Made by a program: the position numbers and the translations under genes
Shown: positions 17,688 to 24,812 of the stretch, in pieces
Layout of the letters: each line of letters begins with the position of its first letter
Position numbering within the stretch: the first letter of the stretch is position 1
From: Dehalococcoidia bacterium
GTDB taxonomy: Bacteria; Chloroflexota; Dehalococcoidia; SZUA-161; SpSt-899
Direction of reading: 5' to 3'
NCBI GenBank assembly: GCA_023271215.1
Contig: JALPYG010000002.1
Location: 1-44,833 of the forward strand
DNA: 44,833 bases
Notes under the pieces: model-generated
Told to the model about the DNA's origin: nothing
What the model saw: only the letters and a program-made list of their open reading frames with translations
The model's database searches: none

Positions 17688-18101
17688 TTACTTTGGTACC
17701 GAGGAGTGATTGGGATGGCACTCTTTATATTCGGTGAACTCCCTTTTTCTGAGGCCTGAAAGGTCCAGCTCGCCTGTTCGGGGGTCTAACTTGATATACC
17801 ATTCCTCCATGGTTAGCGCCCCCACCACTGCATCCAGAGGCCCATGCTCAGTCTCCCCAAGTTCCTCAACGACGTAAGCGGTCAGGTCAAACTCCAGGCC
17901 ATCAACAGCGGCGGTGAGGTCGCAGCGCTCATCCAATCGCCGAATTTCCCCGCCCAGGCCCACTGTGATCGGCTTTACCTTCCGAGCAGTTGGGGGACGG
18001 AATTCAGCCTTGATGTAGGAACGCAGAGAACCACTATCAAAAAGTGCCCTTAGAGTTCGCCCACCTGCTTCGATCCCCTTAACGATCCTGGCCATTAACA
18101 A
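17688..18101 (-). CDS. Retropepsin-like aspartic protease, second paralog
   Basis: ALFDSGSLRSYI (DSG active-site variant), size about 135 aa, and a hydrophobic-Gly motif (VVGALTMEEW) near the C-terminus. Confidence 0.65.
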   Translation of the reverse strand: MLMARIVKGIEAGGRTLRALFDSGSLRSYIKAEFRPPTARKVKPITVGLGGEIRRLDERCDLTAAVDGLEFDLTAYVVEELGETEHGPLDAVVGALTMEEWYIKLDPRTGELDLSGLRKREFTEYKECHPNHSSVPK

Positions 18102-18656
18102 TCCCTCAAAGTGCTCAATTCCACCTCAAGTGGTGCATCAACATCATCAGGGGGATTCTCTCCCTGAAACCCCCTAAACTTGTCCCCGCGAATGCGGGGA
18201 GCGGTTATGCCCTGGGGTTTTCAAGGGGCTTCGCCCCTGAATCGAGCTTTTTTCGGGGTATATTTGGGGCCCCCTATTCAATAAATGGGGGTATTCACTT
18301 CGTTAAGGTTGCTACTATATGTTGTAGTTTCTTGGTTTTTGTCCCCTGACGTTTCTAGCCAGTTGCCGGAATGTTATGGGGTCTATTGCCACCGCATTCT
18401 GGAGGAGCCGAAAGAAGAGCTTCCCACGGTGGTTTGAAGTTCGCTTCTTCCGAAGAAAACCTGTCCTCGAATTCCAAAAGTGTTGTGGGGTAATCCTCCA
18501 CGGCTCCTTTATACTACGTGTTGTAGGTGCCTGAGTCAAGTGAATACCCCTATTTCAGTTACCCGCGAAACCTTTTATAATCGAAGGTGCTCTGGAGCGT
18601 CTCTGACCTGGCGCCTCCTCGTCGAGGTCAGGGACAACCTCAACTACCACCAAGTA

Positions 18657-18696
18657 ACTCTACCACAAGAATTAAAAGTTTGTCAATGTGTCTTCT
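18657..18696 (-). promoter_or_regulatory. Conserved 37-bp element with promoter-like TTGACA-18 nt-TAGAGT (copy 2)
   Basis: See 17042-17080. It starts directly after the Uma2 stop codon and points toward 17688-18101. Confidence 0.4.
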
Positions 18697-19247
18697 TAGA
18701 AAACCTCTCTTAAATCAACCTTAAGTCCCGTAAGATACAGAGATTCGAAGGACTGCCTAATTCCAAAAACGCCCAGGCTCTGGTAACCTTCACCTTCAAG
18801 CGTCAGCGCCTCTATCTCTTCTTTCACCGGGTCAACCAACCAGTATTCCTTTACCCCAAATCTCTCATAAAGCTTCATTTTCAAGGCTCTATCAAGCTTT
18901 GCGGAAGATGCGGACAGGATTTCAACCACCAGGTCCGGTACCCCCTGGATATTCTTCTCCGCAATAATATACTCGCGTTCGTTTGAAATAAAGAATATGT
19001 CCGGCTGGACTACGTCTTCATCAGATAATATCACATCACAAGGGGCGATGTAAACCCTTCCGAGCTTGTGTCTTTCCACAAAATTGCTCAGTAAAATGGT
19101 TAGTTTTCGCAGGGTGTCCTGATGTCGGGGGGCTGGAGATGGAACTACACAGACCTCACCTTCTATAATCTGGTATTGCTTCCTATCATTGGGTAAACGA
19201 AGGTAATCCTCATAAGTGAATCTTATCTTCTCTTTCAGAACACTCAT
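18696..19247 (-). CDS. Uma2-family (DUF820) endonuclease, second paralog
   Basis: FTYEDYLRLPNDRKQYQIIEGEV...PAPRHQ...PDIFFIS...PDLVVEILS...K..LYERFGVKEYWLVDP. Confidence 0.85.
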   Translation of the reverse strand: MSVLKEKIRFTYEDYLRLPNDRKQYQIIEGEVCVVPSPAPRHQDTLRKLTILLSNFVERHKLGRVYIAPCDVILSDEDVVQPDIFFISNEREYIIAEKNIQGVPDLVVEILSASSAKLDRALKMKLYERFGVKEYWLVDPVKEEIEALTLEGEGYQSLGVFGIRQSFESLYLTGLKVDLREVF

Positions 19248-19514
19248 GTCTCAATTTCCCTTACCCTCTCACCCTTCCGAGGATTTGTCAAGGTCAAATC
19301 ACAATATCTTTGCATTTTTCATTCGACCCGCTGCTGAAAAACTGCTTGATAAAAGGATAACCCATAGTTATTCCGTTTGTCAAGGGGTCGCCAGCCGGGA
19401 GTCAAGACTCCGGCCAGGGCTGGAACTTTTGACCATTATTTCTGCCTTTGTTCAATAGCCTTCCCATTGCATCCTGGTGTGAAAGAGTTTGACCTTAAGC
19501 CAAACCCCCATCAC

Positions 19515-19583
19515 CTACCGCTCCCTTTCCTTCAGAAATTGCTCCACCGTAAGCGAAATTCCTTTCTCCTTTAAGATATCCAT
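19515..19583 (-). pseudogene. 3' fragment (22 codons) of a paralog of the 10795-11040 gene
   Basis: MDILKEKGISLTVEQFLKERER* compared with ..MDILKEKGISLTVEEFLKERER*. About 75 bp of nucleotide identity with 10797-10872. Confidence 0.55.
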
Positions 19584-20185
19584 CGTTTCTTGCGCAGCTT
19601 CCCTTTGGCCAACTTCGCCATCTCTTCAGGGGTGGACTCTCCCTCAAGTAAAGCACTCAACGTCTCCCTGCCTGAAACGCCAAATACATCTGTGGCTACC
19701 GAAGACAGTTTGATATTGGCATCCTCCAGGACTTTTTGAACCCGGTTCTTCTCTGAGCCCATCTCCTGGGTTAGCTTCACCCGATAACGGGTGAGGTCCC
19801 GAAGCTCACGAATTGGCTTGGGAGGGATGAAACTTGCTCGAATGAGCCCAAACCTGAGCAGATCCGCAATCCACTCGCAGTCCTTGACATCCGTCTTCCG
19901 TCCGGGAACGTTCTTGATCTCTCTGGCGTTGGCCAGAATAACCGTCAGGCTGTGTTCGAGGATGTTGAATACCGGTCTCCAATACACCCCGGTGCTTTCG
20001 ATGGCTGCATGAGTACACCCCTCTGCCTCCAGCCAATCCCTAAGTGCCTCAAGATCGCCGGTCGTGGTACTAAAGGTCTTGATGGTTTTTTCCGCCTTGC
20101 CATTGGGCTTGCCTACCAGTAGGCAAGCAGTAAGCTTGGACTTGTGGACGTCGATTCCACAGCACCTTTCCAGAATTGCTTCCAC
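19571..20185 (-). mobile_element. IS110-family transposase gene, 3'-truncated (DEDD domain intact, Transposase_20 domain cut after ..KGKLRKK)
   Basis: A GTG start at 20185 follows an AGGAGG RBS. Sequence: VEAILERCCGIDVHKSKLTACLL...ESTGVYWRPVFNIL...VKDCEWIADLLRFGLI. The ORF runs into foreign sequence and stops. Confidence 0.8.
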
Positions 20186-20505
20186 GTTTCCTCCTTTATT
20201 TGGGTAGTGGCAGCCTTGCTGTTTATAATTTGTTCCACGTGCTTCCTGAAACAGGAGCAACAATTCGTGGTGCATACAGGCTACCGTTGTCAGTTTCTTT
20301 CTCGGGGCTATACCGCCAAAAAGATAACGACCTCTGCACCCAATCTGAGGATAACAAGTCTCGATGCGCGGTGCAACTACGCCCATTTTCGTGATTCGTT
20401 GGTGGGCAGCCGCCCATGGGGGTTTCCTGCGAATACGCCAAGGAACTCTCACTTGCGTTACCTGTATCGGAGTATACCCATAGAATCTCAGTCGAGTGAT
20501 CTTGC
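20186..20505 (-). other. IS110 5' non-coding region (candidate bridge/seek-type ncRNA locus)
   Basis: A 320-bp non-coding stretch upstream of the transposase start. About 115 bp (20285-20410) is conserved with 38735-38850 and includes the inverted repeat TGCACC...GGTGCA. Confidence 0.35.
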
Positions 20506-21036
20506 TTATTGCGCATCTGCATCGGGCTGTCCACTAGCTTCCATGGCAGCGCATTCGGAGGCTTCACCGCGGAGCGTTTCAATGGCGTGAGGAAGGGTAG
20601 GGAGGATTACTTCGAGGCACTCGCGTACCGCCTTGGGGCTGCCGGGGAGATTGACAATCAGGGTCTTGCCACGGATGCCGGATACGCCTCGGCTTAACAT
20701 CCCCATGGGCGTCTTCTTCAGGCTCTCCAGCCTCATGGCTTCGGAAAAGCCTGGGGCGAGTCTTTCCACCACCGCCAGCGTGGCCTCGGGTGTGACATCC
20801 CGGGGACTGAGCCCGGTGCCGCCACTGGTGAGAATCAGATCGATCCCTGCACCATCGGCCCACTCGATCAATCTGGCGGATATCGTCTCTCTCTCGTCGG
20901 GGACGATCTCGTATCGGGAGACTTGCGCCCCTATTCCGGAGAGCAAATCCCGGATTACCGCGCCGCTTTCGTCCTTGCGCTCTCCCCGGGAGCCCTTATC
21001 GCTGACGGTAATTATGCCGGCGATGAACACATTCAC
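20506..21036 (-). CDS. moaB: MogA/MoaB-family molybdenum cofactor biosynthesis protein
   Basis: ITVSDKGSRGERKDESG...ILTSGGTGLSPRDVTPEAT...GMLSRGVSGIRGKTLIVNLPGSPKA. Confidence 0.85.
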   Translation of the reverse strand: MNVFIAGIITVSDKGSRGERKDESGAVIRDLLSGIGAQVSRYEIVPDERETISARLIEWADGAGIDLILTSGGTGLSPRDVTPEATLAVVERLAPGFSEAMRLESLKKTPMGMLSRGVSGIRGKTLIVNLPGSPKAVRECLEVILPTLPHAIETLRGEASECAAMEASGQPDADAQ

Positions 21037-21042
21037 CCCAAC

Positions 21043-21131
21043 CTAGTAGTCGAGAGTCTAGAGTCAAGGGTCAAGAGTCCCCCTCCCATCCCGCTCCAGA
21101 CTCCAGACTCCAGACTCTCGACTCTTGACTA
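21043..21131. repeat. Heptamer/G-core repeat element, palindromic version
   Basis: (AGTCGAG AGTCTAG AGTCAAG..), then ccccctcccatcccgc, then (CCAGACT)x3 ctcgactcttgactag. The arms are reverse complements, and it is dense in GAGTC/GACTC. Confidence 0.85.
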
Positions 21132-22377
21132 GAGAAAGAGCATCCTCGAAGCTCAAGCGCTGTTGCTCGCTCCTGGTCATATCGCGCCAGACTATCATCC
21201 CATCCCGAAGCTCATCCTCACCGATGATGATAGCAGAGGTGGCACCGAGGGCATTGGCTTGTCTTAGTTGTGCCTTCAAGCTGCGGTTTCCCGAAGCAAG
21301 GATGGCACCGATCCCTTCCCGGCGCATTTGGGCGACATACCCCACAGCCTTATCCTTTGCCTCCTGGCCGAGGAAGGCGACAAAGGTGGTGGGTTGAGGA
21401 AGGGGAGGCACAACGATACCCTGCCTCTTTATATTGAGGATCATTCGCTCGATGCCAGTCGCAAATCCGACTCCGGGCGTGGGTCTGCCGCCAATTTCTT
21501 CCACGAGATCATCGTATCTGCCGCCACCACCCAGGGTGGTCTGTGCCCCCTTTTCGCCCAGCGGCTGGATTTCAAAAACGGTCCTGGTATAGTAGTCGAG
21601 TCCACGAACCAGCCGGTGATCGAGGTCGAATTCCAGGTCAAAAATGACAAGATACTTCTTAAGGAAATCGAAGTGATCCTGACATTCGGCGCAGAGAGAG
21701 TCGCTGCTCTTCGGAGCCTGCTCCGTAAGAGGCATGCAGGATTCCTGCTTGCAATCGAGCAGCCTTAGCGTATTCCTCTCCAGCCGGCGTTTGCAATCGG
21801 GGCACAAGAGGTCAACCTTCTTCGAATAGTATTCCTCAAGGCACTTGAGGTACTGGGGCCGGCAGTTACGGCAGCCGATGCTGTTCAATTTCAGGACAGT
21901 GTCCCTCAAACCGAGGCGGCGATACAGCACGCAGGCCATCTCGATGACCTCAGCATCGAGGGCGGGATCGGAGCTGCCCAGTCCCTCGAAGCCGAATTGC
22001 CAGTGCTGGCGGAATCGTCCCGCCTGAGGACGCTCGTATCGGAATATCGGGGTGATATAGTATAGCCTGACCGGCTGGGGCAGGTTATGCATCCCGTGCT
22101 CTAAATACGCCCGGCACACCGGAGCTGTCCCTTCCGGACGTAAGGTCAGAAGATCCCCGCCATGGTCGTTGAAGGAGTACATCTCCTTCTCCACAACGTC
22201 GGTGTCTTCCCCTATACTGCGAACGAAAAGCCCGGAGTCCTCGAAAACCGGGGTATCGATGCGCTGGTAGCCATAAAGCCGGCAAATATCGGCCACAGTC
22301 TCTTCAATATATCGCCAGTATGCCTGGTCGTGAGGCAGAACGTCGGAAGTGCCGCGCGGTGCCTGGTACAAGATCAA
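21064..22377 (-). CDS. hisS: Histidine--tRNA ligase
   Basis: Class II motifs (LLTLRPEGTA, FRYERPQAGRFRQHWQFG, GGGRYD). The last ~19 codons are encoded by the repeat element. Confidence 0.95.
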   Translation of the reverse strand: MILYQAPRGTSDVLPHDQAYWRYIEETVADICRLYGYQRIDTPVFEDSGLFVRSIGEDTDVVEKEMYSFNDHGGDLLTLRPEGTAPVCRAYLEHGMHNLPQPVRLYYITPIFRYERPQAGRFRQHWQFGFEGLGSSDPALDAEVIEMACVLYRRLGLRDTVLKLNSIGCRNCRPQYLKCLEEYYSKKVDLLCPDCKRRLERNTLRLLDCKQESCMPLTEQAPKSSDSLCAECQDHFDFLKKYLVIFDLEFDLDHRLVRGLDYYTRTVFEIQPLGEKGAQTTLGGGGRYDDLVEEIGGRPTPGVGFATGIERMILNIKRQGIVVPPLPQPTTFVAFLGQEAKDKAVGYVAQMRREGIGAILASGNRSLKAQLRQANALGATSAIIIGEDELRDGMIVWRDMTRSEQQRLSFEDALSLVKSRESGVWSLERDGRGTLDP

Positions 22378-22382
22378 TCTCC

Positions 22383-23453
22383 CTAGAATTGCTCCAGAAA
22401 GCGAAGGTCATTGCTGTAGAAAAGCCGGATGTCGTCGATGCCATACTTGAGCATCGGGATGCGTTCCAGGCCCATGCCGAAGGCAAAGCCGGTGTAGACG
22501 TCAGGGTCGTAGTTCACCCGCCGCAGGACATCGGGATGTACCATCCCCGCGCCCAGAATCTCGATCCATCCCTCATCACCGCACACGCGACAGCCCTTGC
22601 CCTGACAGATGAAACAGTCGATCGCCATGTCCACGCCAGGCTCGACGAACGGAAAGTAGTCACAGCGAAACCGCACCTTGCGATCCCGGCCAAAGAGCCG
22701 GCGGGCAAATTCGTAGAGCGTCCCCTTAAGGTGAGCCATCGAAATGCCTTTGTCCACCGCCAAGCCTTCGATCTGGTAGAACATGGATTCGTGCGTAGCG
22801 TCGGTGGCTTCATGGCGATAGACCTTGCCCGGCATGACGACGCGTATCGGAGGCTGTCTTTTTTCCATGAACCGGATTTGCATCGGCGAGGTATGGGTGC
22901 GCAGCAGCATGGGCCGCTCGCCGGCTTCGTTTTGGTAGTCAATCCAGAGAGTAGCCCACATATCACGGGCCGGGTGATTCCTGGGGATATTCAGCGCCTC
23001 GAAGTTGTAATAATCCCACTCGACCTCCGGCCCTTCGACTACCTCAAAGCCCATGGCGACGAAAACCGCGCAGGCCTCGCGGAGTATCTTCGTCGTGGGA
23101 TGGAGCCGGCCCACTTGAACATGATGTCCCGGGAGGGTAACATCCAGGCGGGATTGCTGCACGAGTTTATCTAACTCGGCCTTCCTGAGCGATTCTTGTT
23201 TCTCGGCCAGGGCCTGTTCCAGGAGCGACTTGAGATTATTGGCAGCCGCTCCGGCCTCCCGCCTTTCCTCGATCGGTAAGCTGGAGAGACCTCGCAGCAG
23301 TTGGGTTACCGTTCCCTTCCTGCCGAGGTACCCGACTCGCCAGGCCTCGATCTCGTTCAGGTCATTGAGATTCCGCAGTTCATCCAATGCCCTGGATTTG
23401 ATCTCTTCAAGGGTTTTTGTCATCGTTCTCCCCTTATAACTAGTCAGGTTCAC
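22383..23453 (-). CDS. pheS: Phenylalanine--tRNA ligase alpha subunit
   Basis: HPTTKILRE..., [34 protein letters not shown]. Confidence 0.95.
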   Translation of the reverse strand: MNLTSYKGRTMTKTLEEIKSRALDELRNLNDLNEIEAWRVGYLGRKGTVTQLLRGLSSLPIEERREAGAAANNLKSLLEQALAEKQESLRKAELDKLVQQSRLDVTLPGHHVQVGRLHPTTKILREACAVFVAMGFEVVEGPEVEWDYYNFEALNIPRNHPARDMWATLWIDYQNEAGERPMLLRTHTSPMQIRFMEKRQPPIRVVMPGKVYRHEATDATHESMFYQIEGLAVDKGISMAHLKGTLYEFARRLFGRDRKVRFRCDYFPFVEPGVDMAIDCFICQGKGCRVCGDEGWIEILGAGMVHPDVLRRVNYDPDVYTGFAFGMGLERIPMLKYGIDDIRLFYSNDLRFLEQF

Positions 23454-23525
23454 GGTTCACGGTTGATGGTTAATGGTTGCAGTATCTTGATCGGTCTAAC
23501 CGTGAACCGCGGAACCTTGAATCCC
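23440..23525. repeat. Heptamer repeat element (GGTTCAC units facing GAACC units)
   Basis: ctagtcaggttcacggttcacggttgatggttaatggttgc ... ctaaccgtgaaccgcggaaccttgaatcc. Confidence 0.75.
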
Positions 23526-23620
23526 TGAGCCTGCGGCCGGGGGCAGGCCTGAGTAGTTACGTCCCAAAAAAACCTCGCTCAGGGGGCCTTTTCGGAGGCG
23601 GAGGGCAAGGACGGTTCGGA

Positions 23621-23659
23621 CCCCTTCAGCCTTCAGCCTTCAACCTTCAACCTTCGCCC
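23621..23659. repeat. Heptamer tandem repeat (CTTCAGC/CTTCAAC units)
   Basis: ccccttcagccttcagccttcaaccttcaaccttcgccc. It overlaps the last codons of rplT. Confidence 0.75.
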
Positions 23660-24000
23660 TTGGCAATCTCCACCAGTTGAGCAAAGGCCGCCGAATCTCG
23701 CACTGCCATATCGGCCAGTATCTTCCGGTCGAGGGATACGCCGGCTCTGATCAGACCGTGCATGAATTTGTTATAAGGCAAGTCGTGCTCCCTGGCGGCG
23801 GCATTGATGCGAGCGATCCAGAGCCGACGCATGTCTCTCTTACGCTCCCGGCGGTGACGGTATGCGTAGCTTAGTGAATGGAGCATCGACTCACATGCTC
23901 GCTTATAGAGCGAGTGACTGGACGCTCTATGACCCCTGGTAAGTTTCAACACCTTCTTGTGACGGCGTCGAGTGGTTGTTCCCCCTTTAACACGTGGCAT
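23647..24000 (-). CDS. rplT: 50S ribosomal protein L20
   Basis: [23 protein letters not shown]...[23 protein letters not shown]. Confidence 0.95.
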   Translation of the reverse strand: MPRVKGGTTTRRRHKKVLKLTRGHRASSHSLYKRACESMLHSLSYAYRHRRERKRDMRRLWIARINAAAREHDLPYNKFMHGLIRAGVSLDRKILADMAVRDSAAFAQLVEIAKGEG

Positions 24001-24009
24001 CGTTTCTCC

Positions 24010-24213
24010 TTATCTCAACCCCGCCGGGAAGACCTTCTTCGTTCGTTTCTTGTCTGCGGGATGCAGTTCAATGCTCTGAGAATAGGTTCGTTTGGTTCGC
24101 TTGGCTTTCTTGCGGCGCAGATGGCTCTTGCCAATCTTGACACGCATTATCTTGCCCGTGCCGGTGACACGGAATCGTCTTTTCAGCGATTTACGGGTTT
24201 TGAGTTTCGGCAT
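24010..24213 (-). CDS. rpmI: 50S ribosomal protein L35
   Basis: MPKLKTRKSLKRRFRVTGTGKIMR...HLRRKK. Confidence 0.95.
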   Translation of the reverse strand: MPKLKTRKSLKRRFRVTGTGKIMRVKIGKSHLRRKKAKRTKRTYSQSIELHPADKKRTKKVFPAGLR

Positions 24214-24767
24214 CCTTGTCCCCTTTTTTTTGGCTTACCTGGCGACAAAATCACGGTCATGGTCCGCCCCTCCATACCGATACCCCTTTCCACTTTGGCG
24301 GCTTCTCCCAGGGATTTGATCACTCCCTCCACCAGATCCTTTCCTAAATGAGGGTGGACAATCTCACGTCCGCGGAAGATGACCAGAATCTTGACTTTGT
24401 CCCCCTCCTCGAGCAGCCTCTTCACCGTACGAACTTTGAAATCAATATCGTGCTGCCCGATCTTGGGGCGCAACTTGACTTCTCTCAGCCCGGTTGACTT
24501 CTGACTCTTATGAGACTGGCGCTCTTTCTTGGCCTGTTCGTACTTGAACTTGCCGAAATCCAGCAAGCGACAGACCGGCGGCTGCGCGGTGGGAGCCACT
24601 TCAACCAGGTCGAGATCACGCTCTCTGGCCATCTGGCGAGCATCGGCCAGCGACATCACACCCAGTTGCTCGCCGGACTCACCGATCACCCGCACCTCTT
24701 TGGCCACGATCCACTGGTTTACACGGTATTGCTTGGTCGGTTGGACGGCACGATATTGTTTAACTAT
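24183..24767 (-). CDS. infC: Translation initiation factor IF-3, probably starting at a non-canonical ATA
   Basis: The conserved N-terminal ..YRVNQWIVAKEVRVIGESGEQLG lies upstream of the first canonical start. The only upstream option after the in-frame TAG is ATA at 24767, 6 nt after GAGAGGTGG. Confidence 0.85.
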   Translation of the reverse strand: MVKQYRAVQPTKQYRVNQWIVAKEVRVIGESGEQLGVMSLADARQMARERDLDLVEVAPTAQPPVCRLLDFGKFKYEQAKKERQSHKSQKSTGLREVKLRPKIGQHDIDFKVRTVKRLLEEGDKVKILVIFRGREIVHPHLGKDLVEGVIKSLGEAAKVERGIGMEGRTMTVILSPGKPKKRGQGCRNSKPVNR

Positions 24768-24812
24768 TCTCTACCACCTCTCTTTAGATATCGATGAGAT
24801 GCCTCGACCAAG

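Noticed and set aside
18182-18204. The sequence GTCCCCGCGAATGCGGGGAGCGG resembles a type I-E CRISPR repeat.
   Set aside because: There is only one copy in the window, with no regularly spaced repeats or spacers and no cas genes, so it is not a CRISPR array. It is kept only as part of the non-coding-region finding.
18315-18539. 74-aa very basic ORF between the 13-bp inverted repeats.
   Set aside because: It has no Shine-Dalgarno sequence, an odd composition and no homology that I can recall. It fills exactly the space between the inverted repeats, so it is more likely to be non-coding.
22320-23174. Long plus-strand ORF (284 aa), together with similar long ORFs at 34424-35416, 35394-36023, 36528-37175, 37565-38341, 30445-31134, 25944-26708, 15791-16378 and 12375-12905.
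   Set aside because: Each lies antisense to, or out of frame with, a gene with a clear family assignment (pheS, glyQS, aspS, SIMPL, pfkA, thrS, DUF3782-like, M6 protease). Their products are low-complexity Arg/Pro/Gly/His-rich with no recognisable motifs, which is typical of shadow ORFs in GC-rich DNA.
23530-23620. Possible intrinsic terminator after rplT (stem followed by a T-run on the minus strand; AAAAAAA at 23567-23573 on the plus strand).
   Set aside because: The only stems I can draw next to the U-run are short (4-6 bp) with large loops, so this is not convincing enough to annotate. The flanking heptamer repeats may serve this role instead.
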